Shown: positions 39,507 to 51,665, counted from the stretch's first letter. The stretch is 64,000 nt of DNA from Microthyrium microscopicum (GCA_010405405.1 MU004230.1:1088627-1152626), one strand, 5' to 3'. Notes: a model not told the origin generated them from the letters alone. Translations and numbers: made by a program.

Positions 39507-41428
39507 ATGGCACAAATCCATTCAAACAATGTGTTCAAAGGCCCAGATTCAGTTCGTAACTATTTCAATCCAGATTATCAACCTCCCTTGCCTTTGGTTG
39601 AATTGCCGTCCAGACTTAATCCTCTTCGAGACGATAATGTCAGAATTTACGCGAAAATGCTTACTGCTCTTCCGGCGCAAAACGTGAAGATGCTTCCTGG
39701 TAAGCAACTTAATTATCCTTCTACAGTCTTTAGTTCTAATCCCTAAGCGTTGAATATGCTTCTACATGAGCCTACGGCCGCTTCAAAATCTATCGTTGAG
39801 GCAAGCTCAGGATCAACCGCTTTGTCGTTGGGTATGTGTGCGAGAGTGTTATGGGGCCACGACGATGTGTGCGCCTATGTAACAAATAAAAAACACCCTG
39901 ACCAACTTCGGACTCTTCGCTTTTTTGGATTGAAAGTGTAAGAAGCCGAGAATTTGGGTGTATAACTTGTCTGACTGCTTTATAGAGCTCTTTATGGGGG
40001 ATTAGCACAGCAAGAACCCGTGGATCCCAAAGGTATAATGTGTAGGCTAAGGAGACTGGCCAAAGAAGATGAGAATGTTTGCTATCCGGGCCAGTATAAC
40101 AACGATGACGTGAGTCGACGCTAAATGCTGTTTTTGTTATTGTTTTCGAATCTAATCATCAACAGAATTGGAAGTCACATATGCTTTGGACGTAAGTCAG
40201 CCTTGTTGGCAACGCTGGATTGCCATTGTTGACATCTGAATCACCGTTCTGCCGCACAAAGCGACAGAATGGGATCCTGATATATTAGCAAGTTATGAAA
40301 ATGACTCTGCTTCCTAGTATAAAGCCGTACTTACAAGTTTTCAGTGGCCCTCAGATCTATCAGCAATTACCCGAGATCAATGTGCTTTGCACAACCGTAG
40401 GAACAGGAGGTACTATCTCAGGTACTGGATTGTATCTCAAAACCCAGAAACCCTCAGTCAAAGTGGTCGGGTGAGTAGCTTGAGAACCCAAAAGTGAAAA
40501 AATCCATGAACTAACAATCATTGCGGTGTCTGCAACGTCTTCGGAGATCCAACGCCTGGGCCTAGACATTTCCCGGGATTCGAAAGCAGTCAATTTCCAT
40601 GGAAGAAGGCAATAGATGTTTTCGAAACGGTTCCATCGGTCGAAGCCTATGACATGTCCATGCAAATGAGCCGAGAGGGTCTTATCTGCGGGCCTTCTTC
40701 TGGAGAGGCACTGGTCGGATTGCTTCAATATCTCGGCAAAAAGAAGGGGGATGGAACCCTGAAAGAACTCGCGGAAGAGTCCACAGGAGAGATATCCTGT
40801 GTCATTGTGTGCTGTGATTTGCCATATCAGTATATGGATGGCTACTTTCAAAAATTAGGCGAGGAAAAGTTTCCACCTATTATCAACAAGGTGAGAGTGC
40901 AGAAATATGAGAGTCAGGCTAGCACTAACAGAAAAGTTTCTTTTGAAATGCGACCAGGATAAATATGACGAGAGGTGGGAGATATCTGCACAGCAAGCTT
41001 CACATTTGCTAGTGCAGAAGACCAGACCGAAAGAAAAGATACCAATTTGCAGACTCGATGGATGTGCCAGAAAACCAGCCTGCAACCGTACAAAGCCACT
41101 TCGACATACCGTGCTGGATATCCGGAAAGATGTTGATTTTGGAAAAGCTCATGTTCGAGGGTCAGTCAGTAGTCCGCTCAAAAACATTGATGAAGACGTT
41201 ACGGATATATTTGGAAATCCAAGCGCGTTATATGTGCACTGGGCAGATCTGCAAGCGAAAGTTGACTATGAAGAGAACAGGTTGGGGTCCAAGAAGGAGA
41301 AAGTCGTAGTCATATGCTACGATGGTGAGGTCGCACGATTGACAACGTCAATCCTACGAGGCAGAGGATACACAGCTTACAGCGTGTCGGGAGGATACAA
41401 AAGCCTAAGAGCGTTGAATACGGTGTAA
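39507..41428 (+). CDS. Cysteine-synthase-like PLP enzyme fused to a C-terminal rhodanese domain, copy 2
   Basis: PLVE..RIYAKM..PAQNVKMLP, VEASSGST, PGQY, TVGTGGT, GLICGPSSG; rhodanese VLDIR...HVRGSVSSP...VICYDGEVAR...VSGG. Confidence 0.88.
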
Positions 41429-41842
41429 AGTTACATAATATCTATCTTGACAGGATATGACCTCGACATAGTGCTCTACCTGCGATACTCTTTCTTGAAA
41501 CTTTGAAAAGGCCTTCGTTCTATTTCCATGTTCTCGTTCAACATTTTGCTGATGCAGATGCTCTCATTGATTGTAATGATTAATGAATATGAAGAAGCAG
41601 GCGAGAACAACAAAATACTCTAGAACTCAAGGACCTGCCTGTTGCTACATGAACCTTACTGATTGGGGGTCTGAATTTAAAGCTAGAGATGGTCATACAA
41701 TTTCATAACTACTGTGCAAAGTCTCATCTGGCCTCTCGAACTTGGCATGTAGCTCTGCCTTCTGCATTCATACTTCGAACAGCGTAGTAAAACCAAAATC
41801 CACTTGCTGTAGTGAACCATGAACAGCTCTAGCTATAGCATT

Positions 41843-43013
41843 CTATTTAAAGTTCTTGAATTTGATCTCCCATCCGTCCTTGTACAACGAGTTCGGTGCG
41901 CTTTTGTCTGTACATTGAGCTTTCGCCTTTGCGTCCCCTCTCATTTGCCATTCCAAAAATGGAACAGCTGACTTTCCACTAAGTCCACCTCCTGGTGACG
42001 TATAGGTTGCCATATGTGTGAGGTTCTTGTTAACCGCTTGCCACACTGGAAGATCCGAACTGAATTGATCATAATCTGCTTGACCCTTTCAAGAACATCA
42101 GTCTATGGAAGCAAGAGCACGAAGGGAAGACTCACATTAGCGCTAGCTTGATCGTAGGCGCCTCCTAAGAAGAATCCAACTGGAGCCTTGAGCTGCTTCA
42201 GAAGGGATCGTGTCGTTGCACTCTTGACACCCGAGTTGAAGATGATTGTAAGCTTGACCCTGTCGTCGTGATAACTCGCCGAATATGCCTTGACAGTGTT
42301 AGTGACGCTCGAAGTTCATGAAGATCTGTTGTTGTGCATGTGTATAGTGCTTAGTAGGGACTGACTGACCTCGAGACCTCCGCAGCTTTGCCCAGCAGCA
42401 ATAATCTTATCCTTGTCAACATTTCCATATGCTGCCCCATTACCTTTTGCGGCCCAGTCAATACTGTCGGTCATTTGTTTCATTTGGGTCTGCCCGCTCC
42501 CGCCAGAAGGTGGTCCACTGGCTATAATGAGATAGCCATGGCTGGCGATTTCTGTCAGGAATTCGGCAAATCGTGTACCTGAATTCTCACATCCACTCTC
42601 ACCCCAGGCTATGACCGGCATAGAAAGCGCCTGTGGTGGAGATTTAGGGGCATAAACTGTTTGGTTCGGAAGAGTCGGATCTTTGGTCCATCCAGCTTTA
42701 TATGGTCCAGAACCACCGCTCCTTGGCCCAGACTGTTGAGTACATTGTCAGACTCGAGGAAAGAAAACAACGCTTTTCAGACTTGGTACTTGCCCATGCG
42801 TTGGGACCTGCTTTTCCGCTGGGCGCAGATATTTTTGCTAGACCCTTTCCTTTTGCCATTCCGCCTCCAAATATTCCAGCTATTTCTCCATTGTCACCTG
42901 ACAGGAGTATGATTAGCTGTGATTTGATGACCGTAAGCTCTAATACCTTTCGTGGGAACAGAGCCTTGAGCGGCAACCGTCGATATCAAAAGGGTACTCA
43001 AAAATCCGCGCAT
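41843..43013 (-). CDS. Secreted alpha/beta hydrolase (chlorophyllase/lipase-like fold); about 5 exons
   Basis: Signal peptide MRGFLSTLLISTVAAQ; GSGPYKA..TVYAP..MPVIAWGESGC; EIASHGYLIIA; nucleophile elbow GQSCGG; candidate Asp (GGAYD) and His (THMATY). Confidence 0.82.
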
Positions 43014-43919
43014 TTTGGATGTGGAGATGGAATTTCGAGAGGCCGTAGATGTTCAGGACAATACCTGCTTAGGTATGATATACAAGAGTAGGCATTACAA
43101 TAATCGGTCTTATAGTGCTATATGCGGATGCATATGAAGTCAAGCCTGGTCAGTGGACAATCATGTCCAAGCTAATCTCGGACGAGCCTATTTGTCTATC
43201 CAGTTGCCAGAAGTCCTAGGAAATTTTCTCTACATGCAAACCTACAATAAATTTTGCGAATGTTTCGGGGGTATAGAGCAACCTCTGTTAGCCCTGGTTG
43301 TAATCAATCAGGTCGGCTTCTCCGAGCACTTTGTCAACTAGAATATCAAAGGGTCATAAGCTCTTCTCCTGAAATGCTCCATCCTGAAAATCGTTATTCT
43401 ACAATGATTGCAACATGTATGGTTGTAAAGCTTCAATATGGCCCGAGAACATCGAGTTGCATGATCTGGATTTCTTTTTCTCAAATCGACGATAGTTGTG
43501 AACTTATTCTCTGTGAAGAAGCTCAGGAGAGTTAGCCACGAACCAGTGCCTATCCTGCTTCGGATACTCGAGGTATGTTACTGGAACTGCTCCGTACTCG
43601 AAAAGTAGGTACGTAATGTGCCAGAGTCGACACTATCCTGGGCTCTTCAGAAACTCGAGAATGGTGTGTGTTGGGTATCTTTGTCATAGAGCAAAGACGT
43701 GGTTTCGCATTTCCGAGATGCACTCAAAGGGGTGGAATAATTAGAGTCTCATAAACGCTTGCGAACTCTTCGTGATATTCGCCACGTAAGATCAAAACCC
43801 CGCGCGAGCGACGCCACATTTCTCCCACGTTGACGTCAAGAATAACGTGGCGGCCTCATGAGGCCCGTGTAACCAGGAAACAGGGGTATGGCTAGTAGGT
43901 GGGGAAACGCACGATAGCC

Positions 43920-44928
43920 TTATCTCAGGTTTTCAGACGTTGCAAGCTGCTTCAAGTACGGTCGCTATGGCTCCCTACCCCTGTAAACACCCCTGTAAAC
44001 ACCTGAACACCCCTGTAATATTTTGAAGCAGCTTGCTGCGTCTGAGTGACTCTTGTTCACTTTTAGTGAGGGCCCTGTTAACTTTGTTAACGAATTCTCC
44101 TTACCTTGAAATCACATTTATAACCTTATTTTATCTCAATTAGCGATTTTCTATACATTTCTGAAATCGTCTTGTTCTCCTCTTTTCTTTGTTTTTGTCA
44201 GATTCTTTATATCTCTTCTGGTTGTCTCATAAAGCTTCAGTGACTAAAGTCAACATTCATGAAATCTCTGCTTAGATTTCATGAATACTTTCAACTAAGA
44301 TAACTTAACAACCATAGTAGCTAATAAGAAACAGACTAAACGAGGAGCTTTGTTAGCTCCTCCTTAATAGATGCGCACTCTTAGAAATTCATTTGGTTAA
44401 CTTTTGGCAAAGTAAGTCTTCAAAAAGGTCAAAAAAGCTTCTATTCCGATTGCCTCTTTAGTTTAACAACAACCACTTTTTATTAATACTTCTCTATATG
44501 TGCTTATAGATCTCGACGAGCTGAATCACCTTGTTCTTTCAGATTTACTATATCTCTTATGGTTGTTAATTAAACAAGGGATAACGAAACAATGAAATAG
44601 TTAACCGGGCTTGGCATTTTTTTGTCATTACGGAAATGACATCTTAGAAGCCAAAAGGCATCGGATTAGCTTTAAAATAGGCTTTTCTTAAAGCTTAGGT
44701 TCTAATCTACAATTTAAATTTGGCATATTTTTAATAACTATGGTGGTTATTTAATGGTTCATAAGAACACTCAGAATGAGCCAAAAAGTTAAGCCGAGAT
44801 GTTAACAAACGGAACAAGAGTCTCTCAGACTGCGCAGCAAGAAATCAGAGGGAGAATAACGACATCTGATTGGCTAGATTACACCCCTGTAAGCCACTTT
44901 TGCTGCACAGTCTGACTAAGTGAGATAA
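43920..44928. mobile_element. Non-autonomous ~1.0-kb element with imperfect 19-bp TIRs, flanked by 8-bp direct repeats CGATAGCC; AT-rich, probably RIP-affected interior
   Basis: CGATAGCC at 43912-43919 and 44929-44936; TTATCTCA...TGAGATAA termini (15/19 match over 43920-43938 vs 44910-44928); shared sub-terminal repeats; no ORF of 60 aa or more inside. Confidence 0.75.
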
Positions 44929-46960
44929 CGATAGCCAAACTTCAATCTAGAGAGCTGTGGCGATTCTGCGAAAAGAAATCTGCATTTCGCCAAAATTCTC
45001 CTGACTTAGTATCTGCTGGATACGTCCATTTCATTACAGCGTGGAACGGGAAAGAGGCGGTGAGGGTCTTGTGCATCTATTGACGCATTTATGTTCTTTT
45101 ATTGGAAGCTTTGAGTAAGCCATAAGGCTGATCTTGCGCGAAATAAAGAAGCCCTTCGAACTGCGTAGCGTCCAATCAACCATATTCATAATAAATAGTC
45201 GGTGATTGATTTGTTGTATGGTGGTGGGTTTGTGATCTGCACCTGTACAAAAACAAATATTTACTGACCGCTTTTCCATGGTTCAAGCCCAGTAGGAATG
45301 GTGTTTTATTCAGATTTCAAACACTCTACGTTGAAATATTCTAGACTGAAAGTTAAGGCGTCCCATAATAATAAGCAGCTCTGAACGATTCGACAAGGAA
45401 AAATTTCGAGTTTGCTGCAAGATATCAGGATCGCCCTGTTAACCTGGATATCGGATACCGGTCTAGGCTTCGGATACAAACCCTTCCAACGAGGCAGTGA
45501 TGTTATTTTTACCTGTATGCTTCCTGAAACTCATATTTGATAATGAAATGTTGTTCTGTAACTCTTTTACTCATAAACAATCAAGCTCTGGCTTATGTTA
45601 TCCTCCAATTGCTCATTAGTAGTATTTCGAACCAATGTCAAATCGAATCGAATCAGAATTGTCATTAACCTAGCAGTACATTTTGCTCCTTGATATGACT
45701 CTACCCCCACACTTGTATCGAATGCATTTGATATTGTAATTCTGGCAATTCACACTATCGACTTCTCAACGAGGCTTGCGCAAGTTTGCTGCAACACTAT
45801 TTCCGGGGTAAGGCTCTCGTTTTTCATTGCAGTGCCCTCAGTTGGATGGGCTGTGACTTCCTGGCTTCCCTGATGTTCCGCTGCAAATGCGTTGTCAAGC
45901 TTGAGGTTGTACGGCTTCGATGCAAAAAAAATGGTAGTGCTCAACTGGTTGCTGGTGTCCTATTTTACGTAAACTTGAGCACGCGACACGCTTTGCTCTG
46001 CGTGCGAGTGAAACATCTGGGAACGTTGATTGTCAAATAGCAGCGATACTATCTGCCAGCATCTTAAATTGCCGGGGTCGCTTCTTGAGATGGAGACGCA
46101 GGAAATTTTTTCGCGCATGCGCCGCCAGCACTTCTTATTTGAATGGTCAGACTGCGTGGACTTGCTTGACCGACGGCCGCAAACATTTCAGCGTAAGCTT
46201 TCCCCGCGCTGATTTAGTCCAACCACAGGTCGAATGATATGCAAGTAATTGCGGTGGTGGCAGAGAGCCCTGTTGGTCTTGCAGATTTGAATGCCCGTTG
46301 AAAGGATGGCCCAGTTCTTAGAACCTGCAGAAGACATGGATTTACGTCTTGAAGGCTTTTGTTCGATGGAAATGGTCGGGATCTCAGGTCCCAAAACTGA
46401 TCATTGACTAGTTCATTCTCAAAGTGTGCATCTTAACTGCATGGTTCTTTAGTCCTCGATATCCTCAACTTAGCAAAACCAACTTTCGTCTTCATGGGCA
46501 ATCTCATCAGCCCTGAAGTCATAAAAATCCCACAGCTGGCGCTCTGCAAGATCTCGCAAAGGCCTTTCTTCCAGCCAATCCCCAGCAGGCACATACCTTG
46601 GGTCTTGACAAATCGTACTTGCTGTTGTGTGTCGTGGTGTCACATCCCACATATTACTCAGTCATGGAACGCCATTATGTACAGCCGTCTTAAAGGATGA
46701 GGCGAGTTGCATAAACGGACATTTTTCCACGCTTTCCGCGTCTATCCCGACATTTCCTTTTCTACTCATTTGGTATGTACATAGCGCTTGTCTCATTGGG
46801 GCGTTCCCACATTAGTCTCGACCCCATTATAGTTTAGAAACTGCAGGGCTCATGGGCTCTTCGTATCGTCCATCCTCTGTGGTTGCCTTCAAGCTTTATA
46901 AGGTGTGGCCGCCTCCGTCTGTCCTGTCTGTCCAGCCGCCATTACCATTCATTTGGAACC

Positions 46961-49027
46961 ATGTCTGCAGCAACTGCAATCCATCAAGCTGCGCGTTGCT
47001 TCTGGTCCCTGTCGTCGCCTATGCTGCATAAGCCAGCCTCATCAGCTTTACAACGAGCACAGTATTGGTGCTTACAAGATCGGAATCTCCTCCGAAAACC
47101 TTGTCGAACTTCATTTGGCAGCCGATCATTCTCGACAACTCTAAGACAAGCCCAAAGACATGGCAATCCGTCTAAAGCCCCAAAGTTATGGACTTCGGGT
47201 AGAGTTGCACTTTTAGTTGCATTCACTGGAGGGCTAACATACGTCTGTGGTCTCTCTTCGCCGCTGGTGTATATGAAAAGCGAGAATGGCTCGTCCTCAT
47301 TGACCTTACGGAAGCCAAATTATGGTAATAAGAAAGACTTGGAAAGAGTATGCTCCACTCAAGAATGACCCCGTCTCGCATTGCGACTTCTATCAATGGA
47401 CTTGGTACTGAAATTCAACTAGGCATTATTGGACATTGCAAAAGCACTGGGAAAAGACGCTATCAGTGTGGACGAGGATGATTTGTATTCCCATGGATTT
47501 AGCGACATGTCTAGTATCAATTGCGACCGATACCCGAACGCAGTTGTGTATCCCAAGAGCACGGAAGAAGTATCGAAGGTAGCTAAAATTTGCCACAAGT
47601 ACAAGGTGCCTATGAGTGAGTCTAAGCTTTGAACACGATATAAGTCAAGGTCAAGGTACTGACTAACTAAAGTACCGTTTTCGGGCGGCACTAGTTTGGA
47701 AGGCAACTTCTCCTCTCCCTATGGTGGATTAAGCATTGATTTCTCTGAGATGGATAATATATTGGAACTCCATGCGGATGAGTCAGTGACGTCCCAGACA
47801 CTATGAAGTCGAACTAATCAACTCTAGTATGGATGTTGTTGTCCAGCCTTCTGTTCCGTGGCAATCTCTTAATGATAAGATCAAGAGTGAAGGACTCTTT
47901 TTTCCAGTTGACCCAGGCCCTACAGCCAGAATTGGCGGAATGGTTGGGACCAACTGTTCTGGAACCAATGCCGTTCGATATGGGACTATGAAAGACTGGG
48001 TTATTAATCTTACAGTTGTTCTTGCAGATGGTACAATCATCAAGACACGTAAAAGACCAAGGAAATCTTCAGCTGGATATAATCTTACCACCCTGTTCGT
48101 GGGCTCGGAGGGAACTTTAGGTCTAGTCACAGAAATCACTCTTAAACTCACTGTGATCCCGCAGACCACCAGCGTTGCTGTTGTCACGTTTCCTTCGATA
48201 CGAGACGCTGCCCATGCTGCGGGTAAAATAATGAGGGCTGGGATTCCCGTTGCCGCTATGGAAGTTATGGACGAGGTTCAAATGCGCGTTATCAACAAAA
48301 CTGGTGCAACGAATAGACTATGGAAGGAGGTACCCACTATGTTTTTCAAGTGAGTCGCTCATTTGCACCCTTGATACCTTGACCCAAGCTGACATGATTT
48401 TTAGGTTTTCAGGAACTCGTGGCGGCGTAGCAGAGCACATCCAGCTTGTAAAGGCGATATCCAAGACAAATCACTCGGGGGAGTTTATCTTTGCCGTAAA
48501 TGAAGATGAACAGCGTGCTCTCTGGTCCGCTCGAAAGGAAGCACTCTGGAGTATGTTAGCACTTCGAGACGAGAAGGCTGGCAACGAAGTCTGGTCGACG
48601 GACGTATGTGTTCCTCTGTCTCGATTGCCAGATATCATGGGTAAGTTGCTATGAGATGTGCTAAAACAACCCAAGGACAACTAACAGTGGCTTTATAGAG
48701 GTTTCTAAACAAGAGTTGGACTCCCTTGGAGTCTTCGCGTCAATTCTTGGCCATATTGGGGATGGTAACTTCCACTCGTCGCTTTTATATGACGCCAGAG
48801 ATCCTCGTCAACGCGAAGCAGTCGCCAAATGTGTGCATGACATGGTTGATCGAGCGCTAGAAATGGATGGCACGTGTACCGGCGAACATGGTGTTGGATT
48901 AGGCAAGAAAGAAAGCCTGATTAAAGAACTTGGACTTGACACAGTTGGGGTGATGAAAAGCATCAAGCAAGCGCTGGATCCCCACTGGCTCATGAACCCA
49001 GGTAAGATTATGGATCTCCCAGAATGA
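46961..49027 (+). CDS. DLD1: D-lactate dehydrogenase (cytochrome), FAD-linked, mitochondrial; multi-exon
   Basis: PFSGGTSLEG, FPVDPGP, GTNAVRYGTM, SSAGYNLT.LFVGSEGTLG, GHIGDGNFH, TGEHGVG, DP..LMNPGK; start codon uncertain (46961 or 47021). Confidence 0.92.
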
Positions 49028-49707
49028 TTAGAGAACAAAAGACATGGCGGCTACATATAATTGATTCACGGGAACTGGCAAGCGAAAATGTTAGCCTGGT
49101 TCAGCATAGGATGCATATTCGAACTCCAAGGATGGGCATACATACGGCACATTTGAAGGTTAATTTGTACATTCTTTGGTGGCACTGTTCTTCATATTTC
49201 AACCCATATTGTGCAGTTAAACATCTGCAAGTAGAAACTTAGGTAGGGTAAAACAAGATTTCCTTCCCGGTATGTTCGGGATCTCAGAGCATCGGGATTT
49301 GCTTTAGTTGAAAAATGCCTCCCCCGTATATTCGCACTGCAGTAAGGAGTACCTTACTGGGAAGCGGCGAGCGCCATTTCAAATTCCGAGCAGGCACAAA
49401 CGGCGATGCTTGGAGTAGAATACTCTTGCACGTTCTGCTTCTGAAGGCTGACTAGACCTCTGCTGCACTTAAAGGGCGATTCAGGTAAGCTGGCCATTGA
49501 AGCCTGGATCCCCATCATCAAAGTCTAAACAGCGTTAGCATCAAGAGCCACTCAAACCCCCTTGGGCCTGGCACAGCCTATCCGAAAACTTACGACCGCT
49601 GCCGGAGAGTTGAGCAACGTCACAGGCAAAAAAAAACTTTCCAGCATTTGGAAGCACCACAAAACCCCCTCCATCGCCCCACTTCGCCAACGTTTTCTTG
49701 AAATGGT

Positions 49708-49714
49708 TGACTCA
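49708..49714. promoter_or_regulatory. Gcn4/CpcA/CPC-1 element TGACTCA just upstream of HOM2
   Basis: Exact consensus 25 bp before the ATG of an amino-acid biosynthesis gene. Confidence 0.55.
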
Positions 49715-49738
49715 CGCGACATCAGCCTTACCACAAAC

Positions 49739-51286
49739 ATGGATGTTCACGGCTTCACTTCCAATAATCGGAACTTTCCTCAAAAGAAATGCGGTACGTC
49801 AAATCATATCGAAGTAACGCTGATATCATTGAACCATTGACTGACCTTTGCTAGCTGTCCTGGGTGCTACAGGTAATCATAACCCCTATTCGAGCTTTCT
49901 TTAGTATTGGAAGTATTTATATTTGGCTGAAATCATCATCTAAATATCACTACACCACGACGTCAACTTGCGTATCAAGAACCGATACCATGGCTCTGAT
50001 GAATCAAATTGTGCAGTGACACTTTATCTAACTTATACCAGGTAGCGTAGGTCAACGCTTCATACTTTTGTTGGCTTTGCATCCCCATCTAGATCTGCAA
50101 GCAGTTGGCGCCTCGGAGAGATCAGCAGGCAAGAAGTACAAAGATGCCGTGAAATGGAAGCAAGCTTTCCCAATGACAGACCGTATTGGGGAGCTTGTGG
50201 TGAGAAAATGCGACCCTAAGGAATTCTCCGATTGCGAAATCGTTTTCAGCGGACTTGATGCCGACGTGGCTGGAGACATTGGTATGTAACTGGCTTCAAT
50301 CTGACCTGTATTTCGGCTAACACTCAACTCACAGAAATGGCCTTCCTCCAGGCGAACTATGCTGTGTTCTCCAACGCCAAAAACTACAGACGTGATCCAC
50401 TGGTGAGAGCCTCTTCTCGTATTGCTTAGCCTATATTCGACTGTTCCAATCTTGTGGCAGTTCAGACGTTCGGTGACAGTTCTAACCTGTACACTAGGTT
50501 CCTCTCGTGGTCCCGACCGTCAACCTGTCTCATATGGAGGTAATTCACCATCAAAGGAAGCATCATAGCTTGCAAAAGGGGTTCCTTGTCTGCAATAGCA
50601 ATTGCGCGGTCATTGGAATAGTCATTCCGTTCGCTGCGCTGCAGGAGAAATTTGGTCCTATCGACCAAGTTTCCATTGTCACCATGCAGGCAGTGAGTGG
50701 AGCAGGATACCCTGGCGTTAGCAGTATGGATATCCTAGACAATGTTGTCCCGTTCATCTCTGGAGAGGAAGATAAAATTGAGAGTGAGGCTCAAAAGATC
50801 CTGGGGACTGTCAACGAGGAAGTGACTGGCTTCGTGGACCAGCCAATGAAGGTCTCTGCGGCATGCAACCGTGTGTCTGTACTCGATGGACATACAGCAT
50901 GCGTTTCTCTACGGTTCAAAAATCGACCTCCTCCATCAGCGGAACAAGTGAAGAGCGCTTTACGAGAATATGTGTCAGATGCTCAAAAGCTGGGCTGTCC
51001 TTCGGCTCCACAGCATGCAATTGTTGTTATGGATCAGCCGGATCGGTAAAACCCCTATACTCGATGACCTGTATGAATTTAGTTGTTGCTAACTGCTGCT
51101 AGACCGCAGCCTCGCCTAGACAGAGAAACAGATCGTGGATATGCGGTAAGCGTCGGTCGTGTTCGCGAAGATGAGTCTGGAATTTTCGACTTGAAGTTTG
51201 TCGCTCTTAGCCACAATACTGTCATTGGAGCCGCGGGTTCTAGTATCTTGAACGCGGAGGCAGCAATCCTAAAGGGATTGATCTGA
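49739..51286 (+). CDS. HOM2: Aspartate-semialdehyde dehydrogenase; multi-exon with an 18-nt microexon (49855-49872)
   Basis: [31 protein letters not shown] (catalytic Cys), [29 protein letters not shown]. Confidence 0.96.
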
Positions 51287-51495
51287 AAGTTTTATACACA
51301 GGAGTTCAAAATAGGTATCTAAGCAGGTAGACACTGCCCCGATTATGTAGTTTCGTACCAATTACCACACTTGGTTTTCGATCAGATTTTTTGATTGCCC
51401 GTAGTGAGTGTCATGGAAATATTAGCCAAATGATTCGGTTCCAAACACGGATTCGATTAGCTTGCAAGCATTGATGATGCTGGGAGAACGGCAAT

Positions 51496-51524
51496 GCTGA
51501 TCGCAAGGCTGATCGCAAGGCTGA
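51496..51524. repeat. 12-bp tandem repeat (GCTGATCGCAAG)x2.4 in the RPS4 promoter
   Basis: GCTGATCGCAAG GCTGATCGCAAG GCTGA. Confidence 0.8.
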
Positions 51525-51665
51525 ACTGCGCTTTGACCATGTTAAAATCCAGAATGACTAAGCCACCCACCCAAAAATTGCTTCAACCCTCAAAACTCCA
51601 ACTTCGCTTCTACTTCACCACCGCAAATCCATTCAACCCCACCAAGTCGACAAAAATCAGTCAAC

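Noticed and set aside
43977..44018. ACCCCTGTAA repeats as telomere-like or CRISPR-like array
   Set aside because: Not TTAGGG; only three copies with irregular short spacing in a eukaryote; better explained as sub-terminal repeats of the element
45000..46830. Several 60-85-aa ORFs and a GTATGT donor-like site upstream of DLD1
   Set aside because: No consistent spliced reading frame or recognisable protein could be assembled
49873..50041. Long HOM2 intron containing TGATGA (possible C/D snoRNA)
   Set aside because: No downstream CTGA D box or terminal stem inside the intron
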